A stretch of DNA of 41,393 nt from the NCBI GenBank assembly GCA_963662665.2, contig CAXXJS010000047.1, forward strand, positions 1-41,393, in the 5' to 3' direction. Source of the stretch: Candidatus Latescibacterota bacterium (GTDB lineage: Bacteria; Latescibacterota; UBA2968; GCA-2709665). Shown here in pieces: positions 1 through 9,480 of this stretch. The stretch's first letter is position 1. Every line of letters begins with the position of its first letter. The notes under the pieces were generated by a model. The model was not told the DNA's origin, made no database searches, and worked only from the letters and a program-made list of their open reading frames with translations. The position numbers and the translations under genes are program-made.

Positions 1-747
1 CTGTGCCACTTGGCCGCGGTCAACGGCACGGAATGGTTCTACAGCAGGCCCGAAGTCGTACTCGACGTGGGCGTGAAGGGCATTGTGAACACCATTGACG
101 CCTGCCTGAAACACGGCGTTGGCGAATTCGTCCTGGCCTCCAGTTCCGAGGTGTACCAGACGGCGCCCGCCATCCCCACGGACGAGAAGGCGCCGCTGAC
201 CGTTCCCGATCCCCTGAATCCCCGCTATTCCTACGGCGGCGGAAAAATCGTGAGCGAACTCATGGCCCTCAACTACGGCCGGAGCCACCTGGCGCGCGTA
301 CTGGTCGTCCGCCCCCACAACGTGTACGGGCCTGACATGGGGCGCGAGCACGTCATCCCTCAGCTCGTTCTGAGGGCGGCCGCACTCGCAGCCGAACATC
401 CTCAAGGCGCGGTCCCGTTTCCAATACAGGGCGACGGTACGCAGACGCGGTCCTTTATGTATATCGACGACTTCACCGAGGGTCTCGCCACTGTCCTGAA
501 AAAGGGCGCTCATCTCAATATCTACCACGTCGGCAATGATGACGAAGTCACCGTCAGGCGTCTTGTCGAACTGATTTTCGACCGCCTCGGCAGAAATTTC
601 GAAATCGTCCCAGGAGCGTTGACAGCGGGCAGCCCCCACAGAAGGCGCCCGAATATCGACAAACTCAGGGCCCTGGGCTACCGACCCCGCGTTACACTCC
701 GCGAAGGGCTGGCCGGAACCATCGACTGGTACCTGGCGTGCCGCTGA
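1..747 (+). CDS. NAD-dependent epimerase/dehydratase (extended SDR, nucleotide-sugar), 5' truncated by window edge
   Basis: Frame open from base 1 (LCHLAAVNGT); ASSSEVY, YGGGK (YxxxK), RPHNVYGP, GDGTQTRSFMYIDD motifs. Confidence 0.9.
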   Translation: MCHLAAVNGTEWFYSRPEVVLDVGVKGIVNTIDACLKHGVGEFVLASSSEVYQTAPAIPTDEKAPLTVPDPLNPRYSYGGGKIVSELMALNYGRSHLARVLVVRPHNVYGPDMGREHVIPQLVLRAAALAAEHPQGAVPFPIQGDGTQTRSFMYIDDFTEGLATVLKKGAHLNIYHVGNDDEVTVRRLVELIFDRLGRNFEIVPGALTAGSPHRRRPNIDKLRALGYRPRVTLREGLAGTIDWYLACR

Positions 748-779
748 CGAACCGGCGCCTTTGAACGGAAGGAGCACGC

Positions 780-2030
780 GTGCCGCCCGCGACCTCCCGA
801 CCTGTCACCCGCTGCCAGGTCAGCAACTCCACGAATCTTCAGTCCATTCTCTTTCTGGGTTTCGTGCCGCCGGTGAACGACATGCAACCGGTTGGCGAGC
901 GGCCCGTGGAACGCACGATGTATCCCCTGGAACTGCTCTACTGCCCGGACTCGCATCTGGTGCAGATCGGCTGCCAGGTGGACCCGGAAGTCCTGTTCCC
1001 GCCGGAATATCCGTACACCAGCGGCACCACGCGCATTCTCCGTGAAAATTTCGCGGACCTCTACGAACAGTGCAGGGACCTTCCGGGCATTGACGCCGCC
1101 TCGTTTGTGATCGACGTAGGCTCCAACGACGGCACGCTCCTGTCCAATTTCAGGGACGCGGGCTGCAGGGTACTGGGCATAGACCCCACGGACAGGGCAC
1201 GGCTTGCAAACCAACGGGGTATCCGCAGCCTGCAGGTCTTCTTCTCCCGGGAAACCGCGCGGTCGGTTGCCGCCGGGTACGGCGAGGCCAGCCTCGTAAC
1301 CGCAACCAACGTATTCGCGCACATGCCGGACGTCGACGACGTCCTGACCGGGATTCTGGACATACTGGACGACACCGGTGTCTTCGTATCCGAATCCCAC
1401 TACCTGCCCGACCTGATCAGCACGCTGCAATACGATACCGTCTACCACGAACACCTCAGGTACTACTCCCTTCACAGCCTGAAATTCCTCCTGGAAAAGC
1501 ACGGGCTGGAGATTTTCCACGTCAGACGCATCCCGACGCACGGGGGTTCCATCCGCGTTTTCGCCGCACGGAACGGGCGTTACCGGGTGGACCCGTCGGT
1601 CTCGAACCGGTTGGAAGCCGAACAACGGGCCGGCCTGCTCCTCCCTGAAACCTACCGCCGGTTCGCCCGGCGGGTGAGGCAGAGCAAGCTCGACCTCCTG
1701 AGCCTGCTTAAAGACGTTAAAGCCCGCGGCGGCCGCATCTACGGCATCGGCGCTCCTTCCCGCGCCAGCACGCTCATTGCCTATACCGGCCTGGACCACG
1801 AAATAATCGACTGCGTGATGGAAATACCGGGTTCGCACAAAATTGGCAGATACATGCCGGGTACCCGGATCCCGGTACTCGACGAGTCCGAACTGTTCAT
1901 CGATCAGCCTGAATTCGCGCTGCTCTTCTCCTGGCATATCGCCGGAGAACTCATGCCCAAACTCACCGGAAGGGGTTACAAGGGGCAATACATCGTCCCG
2001 CTTCCGTCACCGGAGATCGTGACAGGGTGA
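780..2030 (+). CDS. NDP-hexose C-methyltransferase (class I SAM, TcaB9/NovU-like)
   Basis: YPYTSG, VIDVGSNDGTLL, ATNVFAH, YDTVYHEHLRYYS, THGGSIR, GIGAPSRASTL, KIGRYMPGTRIPV; AAGGAG RBS before GTG. Confidence 0.9.
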   Translation: MPPATSRPVTRCQVSNSTNLQSILFLGFVPPVNDMQPVGERPVERTMYPLELLYCPDSHLVQIGCQVDPEVLFPPEYPYTSGTTRILRENFADLYEQCRDLPGIDAASFVIDVGSNDGTLLSNFRDAGCRVLGIDPTDRARLANQRGIRSLQVFFSRETARSVAAGYGEASLVTATNVFAHMPDVDDVLTGILDILDDTGVFVSESHYLPDLISTLQYDTVYHEHLRYYSLHSLKFLLEKHGLEIFHVRRIPTHGGSIRVFAARNGRYRVDPSVSNRLEAEQRAGLLLPETYRRFARRVRQSKLDLLSLLKDVKARGGRIYGIGAPSRASTLIAYTGLDHEIIDCVMEIPGSHKIGRYMPGTRIPVLDESELFIDQPEFALLFSWHIAGELMPKLTGRGYKGQYIVPLPSPEIVTG

Positions 2031-2271
2031 TTGACCTTGATTCGTCATTTTTCCGGGACGTTAAACCGAATATACGCTAGTTGACAAAGGCGATTTGACG
2101 GCGGATTACCTGGATACACCAGGTCACTGGACGTGAACGGAAGAAACGTCCTTCCGGACGACCCCTTCGGCCCGTTTCGGAAGGTTTCGTCGCGGCGCCG
2201 CGTTGATATTTTTGTCAATATACGGCCAACCGTACGAAGGTTCTGTCAATCCGAAAGCGCAAACGCGGACC

Positions 2272-3021
2272 ATGCCAGACCTCGACGTCGTCATTCCCGT
2301 TTACAACGAGGGGGCCAATATCCTGAACGTCCTCAACGCACTATGCGATGAGACGGAAACGCCCTTCCGCGTACTGATCTGTTACGACGATGAAGCCGAC
2401 GACACCCTGGAAGCCCTGAATGCGTTCGAAGACTCACGTTGCGAAGTCGTAAAGGTCAGGAACCGGGGGCAGGGCGCGCACGGGGCCGTTGTCACGGGCT
2501 TCGATGAAGGTGACGCGCCCGCGGCGATCATGTGGCCGGCCGACGACACCTTCAATGCCGGCATCATCGATTCCATGTATCGGGAATTCCGGAACGGCCA
2601 CCACGTCGTCTCCGCCAGCCGGTTTATCGCGGGAGGATGCATGGTGGGCGCGCCCTGGCTGAAATCTCTGCTTGTGAGAAGTTCCGCCTTCACCCTTTAT
2701 TATCTTGCGCGGCTCCCCGCACGGGACCCCAGCAACGGGCTGCGCCTGTTCTCCCGGCGCCTCCTTGACCGCGCCGGTATCGAATCCTCGGCAGGTTTCG
2801 CTTACGGTATCGAACTGCTGGTCAAATGCCACCGGCTCGGCTGGAAAATGGCCGAGATACCCGCGGTGTGGTACGAGAGGACCTCCGGCCGCAGCCGCTT
2901 TAAAGTCATCCGCTGGCTTCCGGAATACCTGCGCTGGTATTTCTATGCCTTTGCAACCACGTATCTGCGCCGTGGCCCCGAAACCGTCCCCGTAAACGAA
3001 AAATCCGGATACCCGTCCTGA
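2272..3021 (+). CDS. GT2 glycosyltransferase, DPM1/polyprenol-phosphate glycosyltransferase-like
   Basis: VVIPVYNEG, YDDEADDT, ADD acidic motif, SASRF, ERTSGRSRF; start placed at ATG 2272 (MPDLDVVIP). Confidence 0.85.
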   Translation: MPDLDVVIPVYNEGANILNVLNALCDETETPFRVLICYDDEADDTLEALNAFEDSRCEVVKVRNRGQGAHGAVVTGFDEGDAPAAIMWPADDTFNAGIIDSMYREFRNGHHVVSASRFIAGGCMVGAPWLKSLLVRSSAFTLYYLARLPARDPSNGLRLFSRRLLDRAGIESSAGFAYGIELLVKCHRLGWKMAEIPAVWYERTSGRSRFKVIRWLPEYLRWYFYAFATTYLRRGPETVPVNEKSGYPS

Positions 3022-3053
3022 ATGCCGGCATTCACCGCGGGCCCTGCTCCGGC

Positions 3054-5525
3054 ATGGCCGACCAACCCTGGAGCCGAAACGTGAGCAAACGCAAAAAAAG
3101 AGCCGCCCGACGTCCCGCTGCGCAGCGGCCTGAGTCCTCGAAGACCCTCTCCGACCGTTTCGCTCCCTACCTCGCCTCGCCGTGGGCCCCGGTTGTGTTC
3201 TTCCTGCTCCTGAGCGTGGTGTACTTCGCCGGATTCGTCTTTACCGATCACGTCATTCTCGGGCAGGACACGGGTAGGGAATTCCACAAGGGTCGCGAGC
3301 CTTTCCTGGAAAAACTGGCCAACCTGGCCCCCGCCAACTGGATGCGTTATCTGGGCGGCACGCCGGTAACCGGACAGCGGACGACGGACTATTTCCCGCT
3401 GGAAATCATCGCCCTGTTTACAACCCGGCACCGCCTTATCGGCTGGCGGTATTTCTTCGCCATGTTCATGGCGGGGTATTTCATGTATCTCTGTATACGC
3501 GGTTTCGGCATGAAACCGCTCTCTGCATGGCTTACCGGCGTCGCTTACGCCTCCGCGCCCGCCCTGCTCACCTTCATCTACGCGGGTCATGACGCCAAGA
3601 TGCTGGTTATCGGCCTTTTCCCGCTGATGGTCTGGGGGCTGTGCCGCGGCATGGACACCGAGCGCCTCATCTACTATCTGCTTCTGGCGGTCACTATTGG
3701 CGCGGGCATCTATACGGGACACCTCCAGATGCTCTACTACGCCCTCTGCGGCCTGGGCATCGTCTTCGCCGCCAGGCTCGCACAGTCCTTGTACGGCGAG
3801 AGAGACATCGCGGCAGCCCTGCGCCGAAGCCTTCTCAGCGCCGGCGCCGTGTGCCTGGGCATGGGCATCGGCGCCATGGGCGTATTCCCCCAATTCTGGT
3901 ACACCCAAAAGGAGTCCAGACGGGCACTGAAGGACGGCGAAGGCAAGGGCCTCGAGTACGCGCAAACGTGGTCGCTGCACCCCGAGGAAATCGCGTCGCT
4001 GGTTGTACCGGAATTCGCTCACTTCGACGACCCGGACCGACGACGACGAAACTACTGGGGCCGCAATCCCTTTAAACTCAATTCCGAATATTTCGGCATC
4101 GCCGTTCTGTTCTTCGCCGCGCTCGCCCTGGGGCGCATCCGCCGGGACCCGAGAATCTGGACCTTTCTTCTGCTCTTTTTCTTCGCCCTGGCATTCGCCC
4201 TCGGTCCCCATACCTTTCTGCATGGATACGCGTACCGCTATATTCCCGGGATGAAGGTACTCCGGGCGCCGGGCATGATCGCGTTTCTGTTCGCGTTCCC
4301 CGCCTGCGTTCTTGCCGCCATCGGATTGCAGCGGGTCCTCTATCCGACTGACGTTTCGCCCCGGACGCGACGCAATCTTGCCATCGTCGCCGCGGCTGCC
4401 GTGGTTTTGCTGCTGGGTACCGCCCTGGCTCCCCAGAGCGCCGTAAACGCATGGACCGGACTCTTCTGGTCCGATATACCGGATTCCGCCGTTCGCGTCG
4501 CGCAGGCAAACGCGCCCAACCTCAGCCGGGGCGCGATTATTGCCGCCCTGCTCGTGTCGGTCCTGGCCATTGTGACGTGGAAGCGCATGGGCGGCGGCAT
4601 ATCCCCCGCCGTCTGCGCATGCCTTCTGATACCCCTGATGCTGTTCGACACCTGGCGGATCGACCGGCAGTTCCTCCGTTACTTCGACCCGGGCCTTCAG
4701 CCCCCGCCCGAACGCGTCTACGGCGGCGTGCTGCGCCACTTCGAACAGGACCCCGACCTGTACCGCGTGCTGTTCGTATCGCAACTCTCCGTGCCCCCGC
4801 CGCATATGGGCGCCGGCAAACGAACGATCGTAGACCGCGTCCGCGTGGACTTTCACGAACCCTTTACCATGCTGCGTTACGACCGGATCACCGAACCCCA
4901 AAACCTCCGGCACTTCCCCATCCTGAACCTGCTGAACACCCGTTACGTTGTAACCCGGGAACCCTTTCCGGGATCGCCTGCGTCCCTTGTCACCAATGGC
5001 CTGCATATCTACAGGAACGACTTCGCCCTGCCCTGGTTCTACCTGGCGCCCGGATACCGGATCGAAACCGACGAGGACCGCATTCTCGAATTGCTGTCTC
5101 AGCCCGGATTCAAGCCCGATGAGACGGTTATCCTTGAGGCCGAACCAGGAGGTTTTAAGGCCGGCGATGCGGACACGCTGGCGCAGGACCACGTTGAGCA
5201 GGTGGCGTACGACGAACGCATGGGACATATCCAACTCAACGTTAAAGCGGGCGGACCGCGCATGCTGGTGGTCTCCGAGAATTACCACCCCTTCTGGCGC
5301 GCCTTCGTGGACGGCGAGGAACAGCCGCTTGTAAGGGCCAACTACGCCTGGAAGGCGGTTGCCGTGCCGGCGGGCGAACACCGGGTGGAACTCCGCTTCC
5401 ACGATCCCATTGCCACGGCCTGCCGCTGGATTACCCTCCTTTCCACCCTCTTCACCATCGCATGGGCCGCCGCATGGTACTGGCGGTATCGCTCCGGGAA
5501 ACCGGCGGCCGCAACCACGGAGTAA
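3054..5525 (+). CDS. YfhO-family multi-pass membrane protein (GT-C-like glycosyltransferase)
   Basis: About 12 hydrophobic segments, WSLHPEE motif, C-terminal LVVSENYHPFWRAFVDG..RANYAWKAVAVPAGEHRVELRF typical of YfhO. Confidence 0.8.
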   Translation: MADQPWSRNVSKRKKRAARRPAAQRPESSKTLSDRFAPYLASPWAPVVFFLLLSVVYFAGFVFTDHVILGQDTGREFHKGREPFLEKLANLAPANWMRYLGGTPVTGQRTTDYFPLEIIALFTTRHRLIGWRYFFAMFMAGYFMYLCIRGFGMKPLSAWLTGVAYASAPALLTFIYAGHDAKMLVIGLFPLMVWGLCRGMDTERLIYYLLLAVTIGAGIYTGHLQMLYYALCGLGIVFAARLAQSLYGERDIAAALRRSLLSAGAVCLGMGIGAMGVFPQFWYTQKESRRALKDGEGKGLEYAQTWSLHPEEIASLVVPEFAHFDDPDRRRRNYWGRNPFKLNSEYFGIAVLFFAALALGRIRRDPRIWTFLLLFFFALAFALGPHTFLHGYAYRYIPGMKVLRAPGMIAFLFAFPACVLAAIGLQRVLYPTDVSPRTRRNLAIVAAAAVVLLLGTALAPQSAVNAWTGLFWSDIPDSAVRVAQANAPNLSRGAIIAALLVSVLAIVTWKRMGGGISPAVCACLLIPLMLFDTWRIDRQFLRYFDPGLQPPPERVYGGVLRHFEQDPDLYRVLFVSQLSVPPPHMGAGKRTIVDRVRVDFHEPFTMLRYDRITEPQNLRHFPILNLLNTRYVVTREPFPGSPASLVTNGLHIYRNDFALPWFYLAPGYRIETDEDRILELLSQPGFKPDETVILEAEPGGFKAGDADTLAQDHVEQVAYDERMGHIQLNVKAGGPRMLVVSENYHPFWRAFVDGEEQPLVRANYAWKAVAVPAGEHRVELRFHDPIATACRWITLLSTLFTIAWAAAWYWRYRSGKPAAATTE

Positions 5526-5528
5526 TCC

Positions 5529-6983
5529 ATGGGCGGCAACTCACCGGTCAGACGGATCGCCGGCAACACCGCGGTCCAGGTATTCGGACGAGCCATCGAG
5601 TTCGCGATCTTTCTGTTCCTCGTCCATTACCTGGACCTGAAGGCGTTCGGCGCCTATACGTTCATCCTGACAAACCTGATGTTGTGGGGGGTACTCGCGG
5701 ACGCGGGGACGTATAACGTCCTGATCCGGGAAGCCGCCGGAAAAGAGAGCGCCGACCGGCTTTTGGGTAACGCGTTATCGATCGGGCTTGTCGGGTCCAT
5801 TGCCGCCATTCTCACTTCAAACGCGTATCTCTATTTTACAGGCCAGGGCCAGGAAACCCTCGTACCGGCGCTCATCGCCTCGCTCACCCTGTTCGTGTCG
5901 CCCCGGCTGAACGCATTTCGCAGGATGTTCCAGGTCCGATTTCAGGCCGAACTCAGAATGGGATACGTGGTGGCGTGGAACACCGCCTCCCACCTTCTGA
6001 TGGCCGGACTGCTGGTCGTCGTTGTTCTGAACAAGGGCTTCCTTGCCGCCATATTCTGCGCGCTGATCGCCGCGGAGTTCCTCTCATTTGCCGGTTTGTG
6101 CGTCACCCACCGGCGTCTCTTCAAGCTGCCCCGGTTCCGGTTCGACCCGCAGATCGTCAGATTGCTTCTACGGCAGAGCATCCCGCTCATGCTGGCCGCG
6201 ATATGCGCCACCGTCCACGACAAAATCGGCATCATGCTGCTCGAGTCCATCAAGAGCAAGGAAGGCGTAGGCCTCTATAATATGGCGGCGCGAATCCCGG
6301 ACAGCCTGCCCTTTCTCGCCACGATATTCATCGGCACCGTCTTCCCCGTCATGGTGAGACAGCGGGAGACCGATCCGGTGGCGTTCGACAGAATCTACCG
6401 CCGAAGCGCACGCTACCTGTTACTCTTCATTGTACCCATTGCCGGGTTCTGCACGCTCGCCTCCCATGATATCCTGAACCTGCTCTTTCCCGGCCGGATT
6501 CCCGAAGCCGTGTTCGGCCACGCCAGCCGGACGCTCGTCCTGCTCATCTGGGCAATGGTTTTCAAATACATGGGCACCGCATTCAGTTTTCTGATTGTGG
6601 CCGTGGGCCAGGAAAAGCGCCGGCTCGTTTGTCTGGGCGCGGCGGCGCTGCTCGGTATTCTTCTGAACATCGCCCTGATCCCCGCACACCATATCCTTGG
6701 ATCGGCTACGGCCGTCCTGATCGGGTCCATCGCGTATCCGGTTGCGGGGCTTTTCTTCGCTCCCCTGCGGAAGTACGCGGTTATTCTGGGCGCTGCCGCC
6801 GTCAAACCGCTTCTTGCAACCCTGTTAACCGCGCTTTGCGTTACGCTCATCACGGATCATGTCCTGGTTGCGGCCGTGGCGGGGGTCCTTGTCTATGGCG
6901 GGCTTATCATGCTTCTCAAAGGCGTCACGCGGGAAGACATGGCGCTGTTGAAGGAACTGCGAAGAGAAACCGGTGAGACGTGA
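5529..6983 (+). CDS. Wzx-like polysaccharide/oligosaccharide flippase (MOP superfamily)
   Basis: 484 aa, highly hydrophobic; RRIAGNT start, LADAG, VGLYNMAARI, LNIALIP..GSATA motifs. Confidence 0.85.
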   Translation: MGGNSPVRRIAGNTAVQVFGRAIEFAIFLFLVHYLDLKAFGAYTFILTNLMLWGVLADAGTYNVLIREAAGKESADRLLGNALSIGLVGSIAAILTSNAYLYFTGQGQETLVPALIASLTLFVSPRLNAFRRMFQVRFQAELRMGYVVAWNTASHLLMAGLLVVVVLNKGFLAAIFCALIAAEFLSFAGLCVTHRRLFKLPRFRFDPQIVRLLLRQSIPLMLAAICATVHDKIGIMLLESIKSKEGVGLYNMAARIPDSLPFLATIFIGTVFPVMVRQRETDPVAFDRIYRRSARYLLLFIVPIAGFCTLASHDILNLLFPGRIPEAVFGHASRTLVLLIWAMVFKYMGTAFSFLIVAVGQEKRRLVCLGAAALLGILLNIALIPAHHILGSATAVLIGSIAYPVAGLFFAPLRKYAVILGAAAVKPLLATLLTALCVTLITDHVLVAAVAGVLVYGGLIMLLKGVTREDMALLKELRRETGET

Positions 6984-7000
6984 GAGGGGAGAGGGTAGAC
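6971..7000. repeat. Heptamer-type repeat end (GGTGAGACGTGAGAGGGGAGAGGGTAGA), family E
   Basis: Near-identical to 23646-23675 and 25285-25308; supplies the flippase stop codon. Confidence 0.65.
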
Positions 7001-7068
7001 GACAACACCGCGTCCACAGGATATCGATATGGCCTGGCGATGCCAATCCGCGATATGCACGCCGCAAC

Positions 7069-7095
7069 GTGGGCGACCGGCCGGTCGCCCCTACA
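7069..7095 (-). repeat. GTAG-type REP palindrome (family A)
   Basis: Minus strand TGTAGGGGCGACCGGCCGGTCGCCCAC; copies at 22624-22650 and 25054-25080. Confidence 0.8.
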
Positions 7096-7130
7096 ATTGC
7101 AACGGCGGCGTTCCAACGAATCGGATTCTT

Positions 7131-7151
7131 ACTGTCGCAATTTGCGACAGT
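7131..7151. promoter_or_regulatory. Perfect 10-1-10 palindrome upstream of PhyH gene (candidate operator)
   Basis: ACTGTCGCAA-T-TTGCGACAGT; second copy CTGTCGCAA-A-TTGCGACAG at 9213-9231. Confidence 0.5.
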
Positions 7152-7222
7152 CCCGGGAGGTGGCGTGGAGGGACCTGACCTGAACGGTTTCAATTGCTTT
7201 CATCAAAATCGGGAGACGCGAG

Positions 7223-7951
7223 ATGTTATCCAATAGATCGGTTTGGGATTCTTCAGAAGAGGCCGCCGAGGTTTTCAATCGCGATGGTTTTCTGATTGCG
7301 AAGGGACTCTACTCTGCCAACGAGATGCTGGACTGGAAGGCGCGTGTTGTCGGCATCCTGGAGACGGGAGGTCACATCGACAAGGATCCCTCGTCAACCG
7401 GAGTTCACGTATTCATGCCGGACGTGCTGGACCCCTTTTTCAGGGAACGGATGAAGGATGCGTGCGTGGTTTCCGTTCTCAACCGGATTATCGGTCCGAA
7501 CGTTGAGTTTCTGAGCGTGAAGTCGGTCTACAAGAACAAGTTTACCCGGTTCGGTTCGCCCTGGCACCAGGACTGGTACTACTGGAAAGGCGCGAACAAG
7601 ATTTCCGTATGGATCGCGCTGGACGACGCCACGCCCGAGAACGGCTGTCTGAAGATGATCGCAGGCAGCCATTTTAAGCGGTTCAAGGTGAAACAAGTGA
7701 GGGCACAGAACGGATTCGGGTGGCGTATCGGTAATGAAGAGATCGCCGGGCTTCCCGAGACCACGCTGGCGGTGAACCGTGGCGACGCCGTTTTCTTTCA
7801 CGATCAGACCCTGCACAGTTCCTATCCGAATACTACGGGCGCCGACCGGTGGAGCTTCATTTCCACCTATCGCGATGGGTCCGTGCGGGACGAATCAACG
7901 GTATGGAAGCAACCGATGGTTGTCGCGGGTGAGAGCGTGAACACCGGCTGA
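7223..7951 (+). CDS. Phytanoyl-CoA dioxygenase (PhyH) family Fe(II)/2OG dioxygenase
   Basis: FNRDGFL, PWHQD (HxD), ISVWIALDDATPENGCLKMIAGSH, GDAVFFH, distal His in TLHSS, R in DRWS. Confidence 0.92.
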   Translation: MLSNRSVWDSSEEAAEVFNRDGFLIAKGLYSANEMLDWKARVVGILETGGHIDKDPSSTGVHVFMPDVLDPFFRERMKDACVVSVLNRIIGPNVEFLSVKSVYKNKFTRFGSPWHQDWYYWKGANKISVWIALDDATPENGCLKMIAGSHFKRFKVKQVRAQNGFGWRIGNEEIAGLPETTLAVNRGDAVFFHDQTLHSSYPNTTGADRWSFISTYRDGSVRDESTVWKQPMVVAGESVNTG

Positions 7952-7986
7952 CGCGGGCAGACAGGAATGTCCGCCCCACCCTCAAA
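7952..7986. repeat. REP-like palindrome GGGCAGACAGGAATGTCCGCCCCACCCTCA (family B)
   Basis: Copies at 9481-9515, 9901-9933 and inverted at 34190-34221. Confidence 0.8.
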
Positions 7987-8233
7987 GCGGTGTCACGAGG
8001 AAAAACTGAGACGGGATGCCATACGTCGGTCAGGCGACGACAGAACAAAGCGGCATAACTCCAAGGGGCGTGGCGCGGCCAGGATTCGAGGGCTTCCTGG
8101 ATTACAGCGCGAGAAGAAGCAACGCTAACCGGACTTCGCCGAAACGGGCGAAGCCGGCGCATTGAAAACTTTCGACACCACCCTTCCTGTTTATCCCAGG
8201 AGCACCGGCGGTAGACGAGTTCCTTTGCGCCAA

Positions 8234-9016
8234 TCAGTCGTTTTCGGCGTTGCCCTCGGCACGGGGCTTCACTAACAGCGCTCCCTTCCCGCCTGCGCGG
8301 ACGAACTCCATACCGTGCCGGTCGATGAACTCGCGGCAAGCCTGGAAAGCCCCATCGAACCAGGCGGGCTCGACGCAGTCGTCCAGAACGACGCCTCCGC
8401 CGGGAACAATCAGGGGCCAGAGGGCTTCCAGCGTCGCCGCCGTGGGCAGGTAGAGGTCGACGTCGAGGAAGACCGCGCCGATGGGTCCGATCTCCTTCCA
8501 GTCGACCATCGAGCAGTCGCCCTCGACAATGCGGTAGTTGGTATACCCGAGTCGGGCAAGGCTGTGGTTGAAGACCCTGGCGCTGCCGTAGGATTAGTCA
8601 GAAATCTCGGAGGCGCGCTTCCGTCGGTTCGCCACCTCGTAGTCGACGCTTTCAGGTGTAAAGCCGCTGAAGGTGTCAACCAGCACGAGCGAGCGCGGAT
8701 CGCCGGTGGTCCTCAGGTGCTCAAGAAGAAATACAGATGTTTCTCCCCTTGCGACGCCGATTTCCACGATGGCACCACCGGTGCCGCGGGTGGCGTTGAT
8801 CAGACCGACCATGGCGGATAGTTCGCCCGGATCGACCCAATAGCGGTATGCAGGGAGCATCGCGTTACGGAGCACGGGCAGCCGGTAGACAATGCGCTTA
8901 ACCAGGGTCATGAGCCTGCGAGCCCGGAGAGTCATTGCGCGCACCAGCGAAGCGGATGGGCTAGCGCCGGTGAACCGCGGCGTTCGTGGCGAAGTCTGGG
9001 TTGGGGATGACGGCAT
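8234..9016 (-). pseudogene. TylF/MycF-like (macrocin-type) O-methyltransferase interrupted by in-frame TAA at 8594-8596
   Basis: ORFs 8594-9169 and 8234-8509 share one frame: GAIVEIGVARGET..DTFSGF..SD*SYGSARVF..IVEGD..FLDVDLY..LVPGG-type (LIVPGG)..LDD. Confidence 0.8.
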
Positions 9017-9059
9017 GGTTTCAATCCCTGTTCGGATGGAAGTGTCCCGGTGGTTCGTG

Positions 9060-9088
9060 AATTTAATCCACTCTCCGCGTTGTGTCAA
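9060..9088 (-). promoter_or_regulatory. Sigma70 promoter of the TylF-like gene
   Basis: Minus strand TTGACA-N17-TAAATT, about 45 bp upstream of ATG 9016. Confidence 0.65.
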
Positions 9089-9281
9089 CAGGCTCCAATC
9101 CGCTCCACGACCGAAGTGAGTGGACGTGAGACGAACGAAAGCCGCACCTTCGTTGTGTTGGATACACAAGGCATTTGGTTTATCATTTGTATTCCACTGG
9201 ATCGACTCTTCGCTGTCGCAAATTGCGACAGGTCCTGGTGCCGGTGGGATACAGATTATAGACAGATGCCAACGACAGTCA

Positions 9282-9480
9282 GGAGACGCGCGATATTGTC
9301 CAATGGATCGGTTCTGGATTCTTCAGAAGACGTCGCCGAGGGGTTCAATCGCGATGGATTCCTGATCGCCAGTGGTCTCTACGGTCCGGAAGAGATGCTG
9401 GAGATGGATCCGTACCGGACGATTCGACCGTTTGGAAACATCCGATGGTTATCGCGGGGGAGAGTGTGAACGTCGGTTGA
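9282..9480 (+). pseudogene. Internally deleted paralog of the PhyH gene
   Basis: 5' part (LSNGSVLDSSEDVAEGFNRDGFLIASGLY..EML) matches the start of 7223; fused out of frame to DGSVPDDSTVWKHPMVIAGESVNVG* matching its last 25 codons; followed by the same family B repeat. Confidence 0.85.

Noticed and set aside
2943-5402. Long antisense ORFs (819 aa here; also 678-1988, 38228-40003, 24020-24958, 11589-12596)
   Set aside because: Shadows of well-supported genes on the opposite strand in GC-rich DNA; no recognisable motifs
8129-8169. Hairpin followed by ATTGAAAAC resembling a CRISPR repeat
   Set aside because: Single copy between convergent genes; more simply a terminator-like hairpin
8594-8596. 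Selenocysteine or pyrrolysine readthrough
   Set aside because: The stop is TAA, not TGA or TAG
9018-9213. A bona fide CRISPR array
   Set aside because: Only two poorly matching units, the intervening sequence is a promoter, no cas genes; kept only as a speculative solitary-repeat finding
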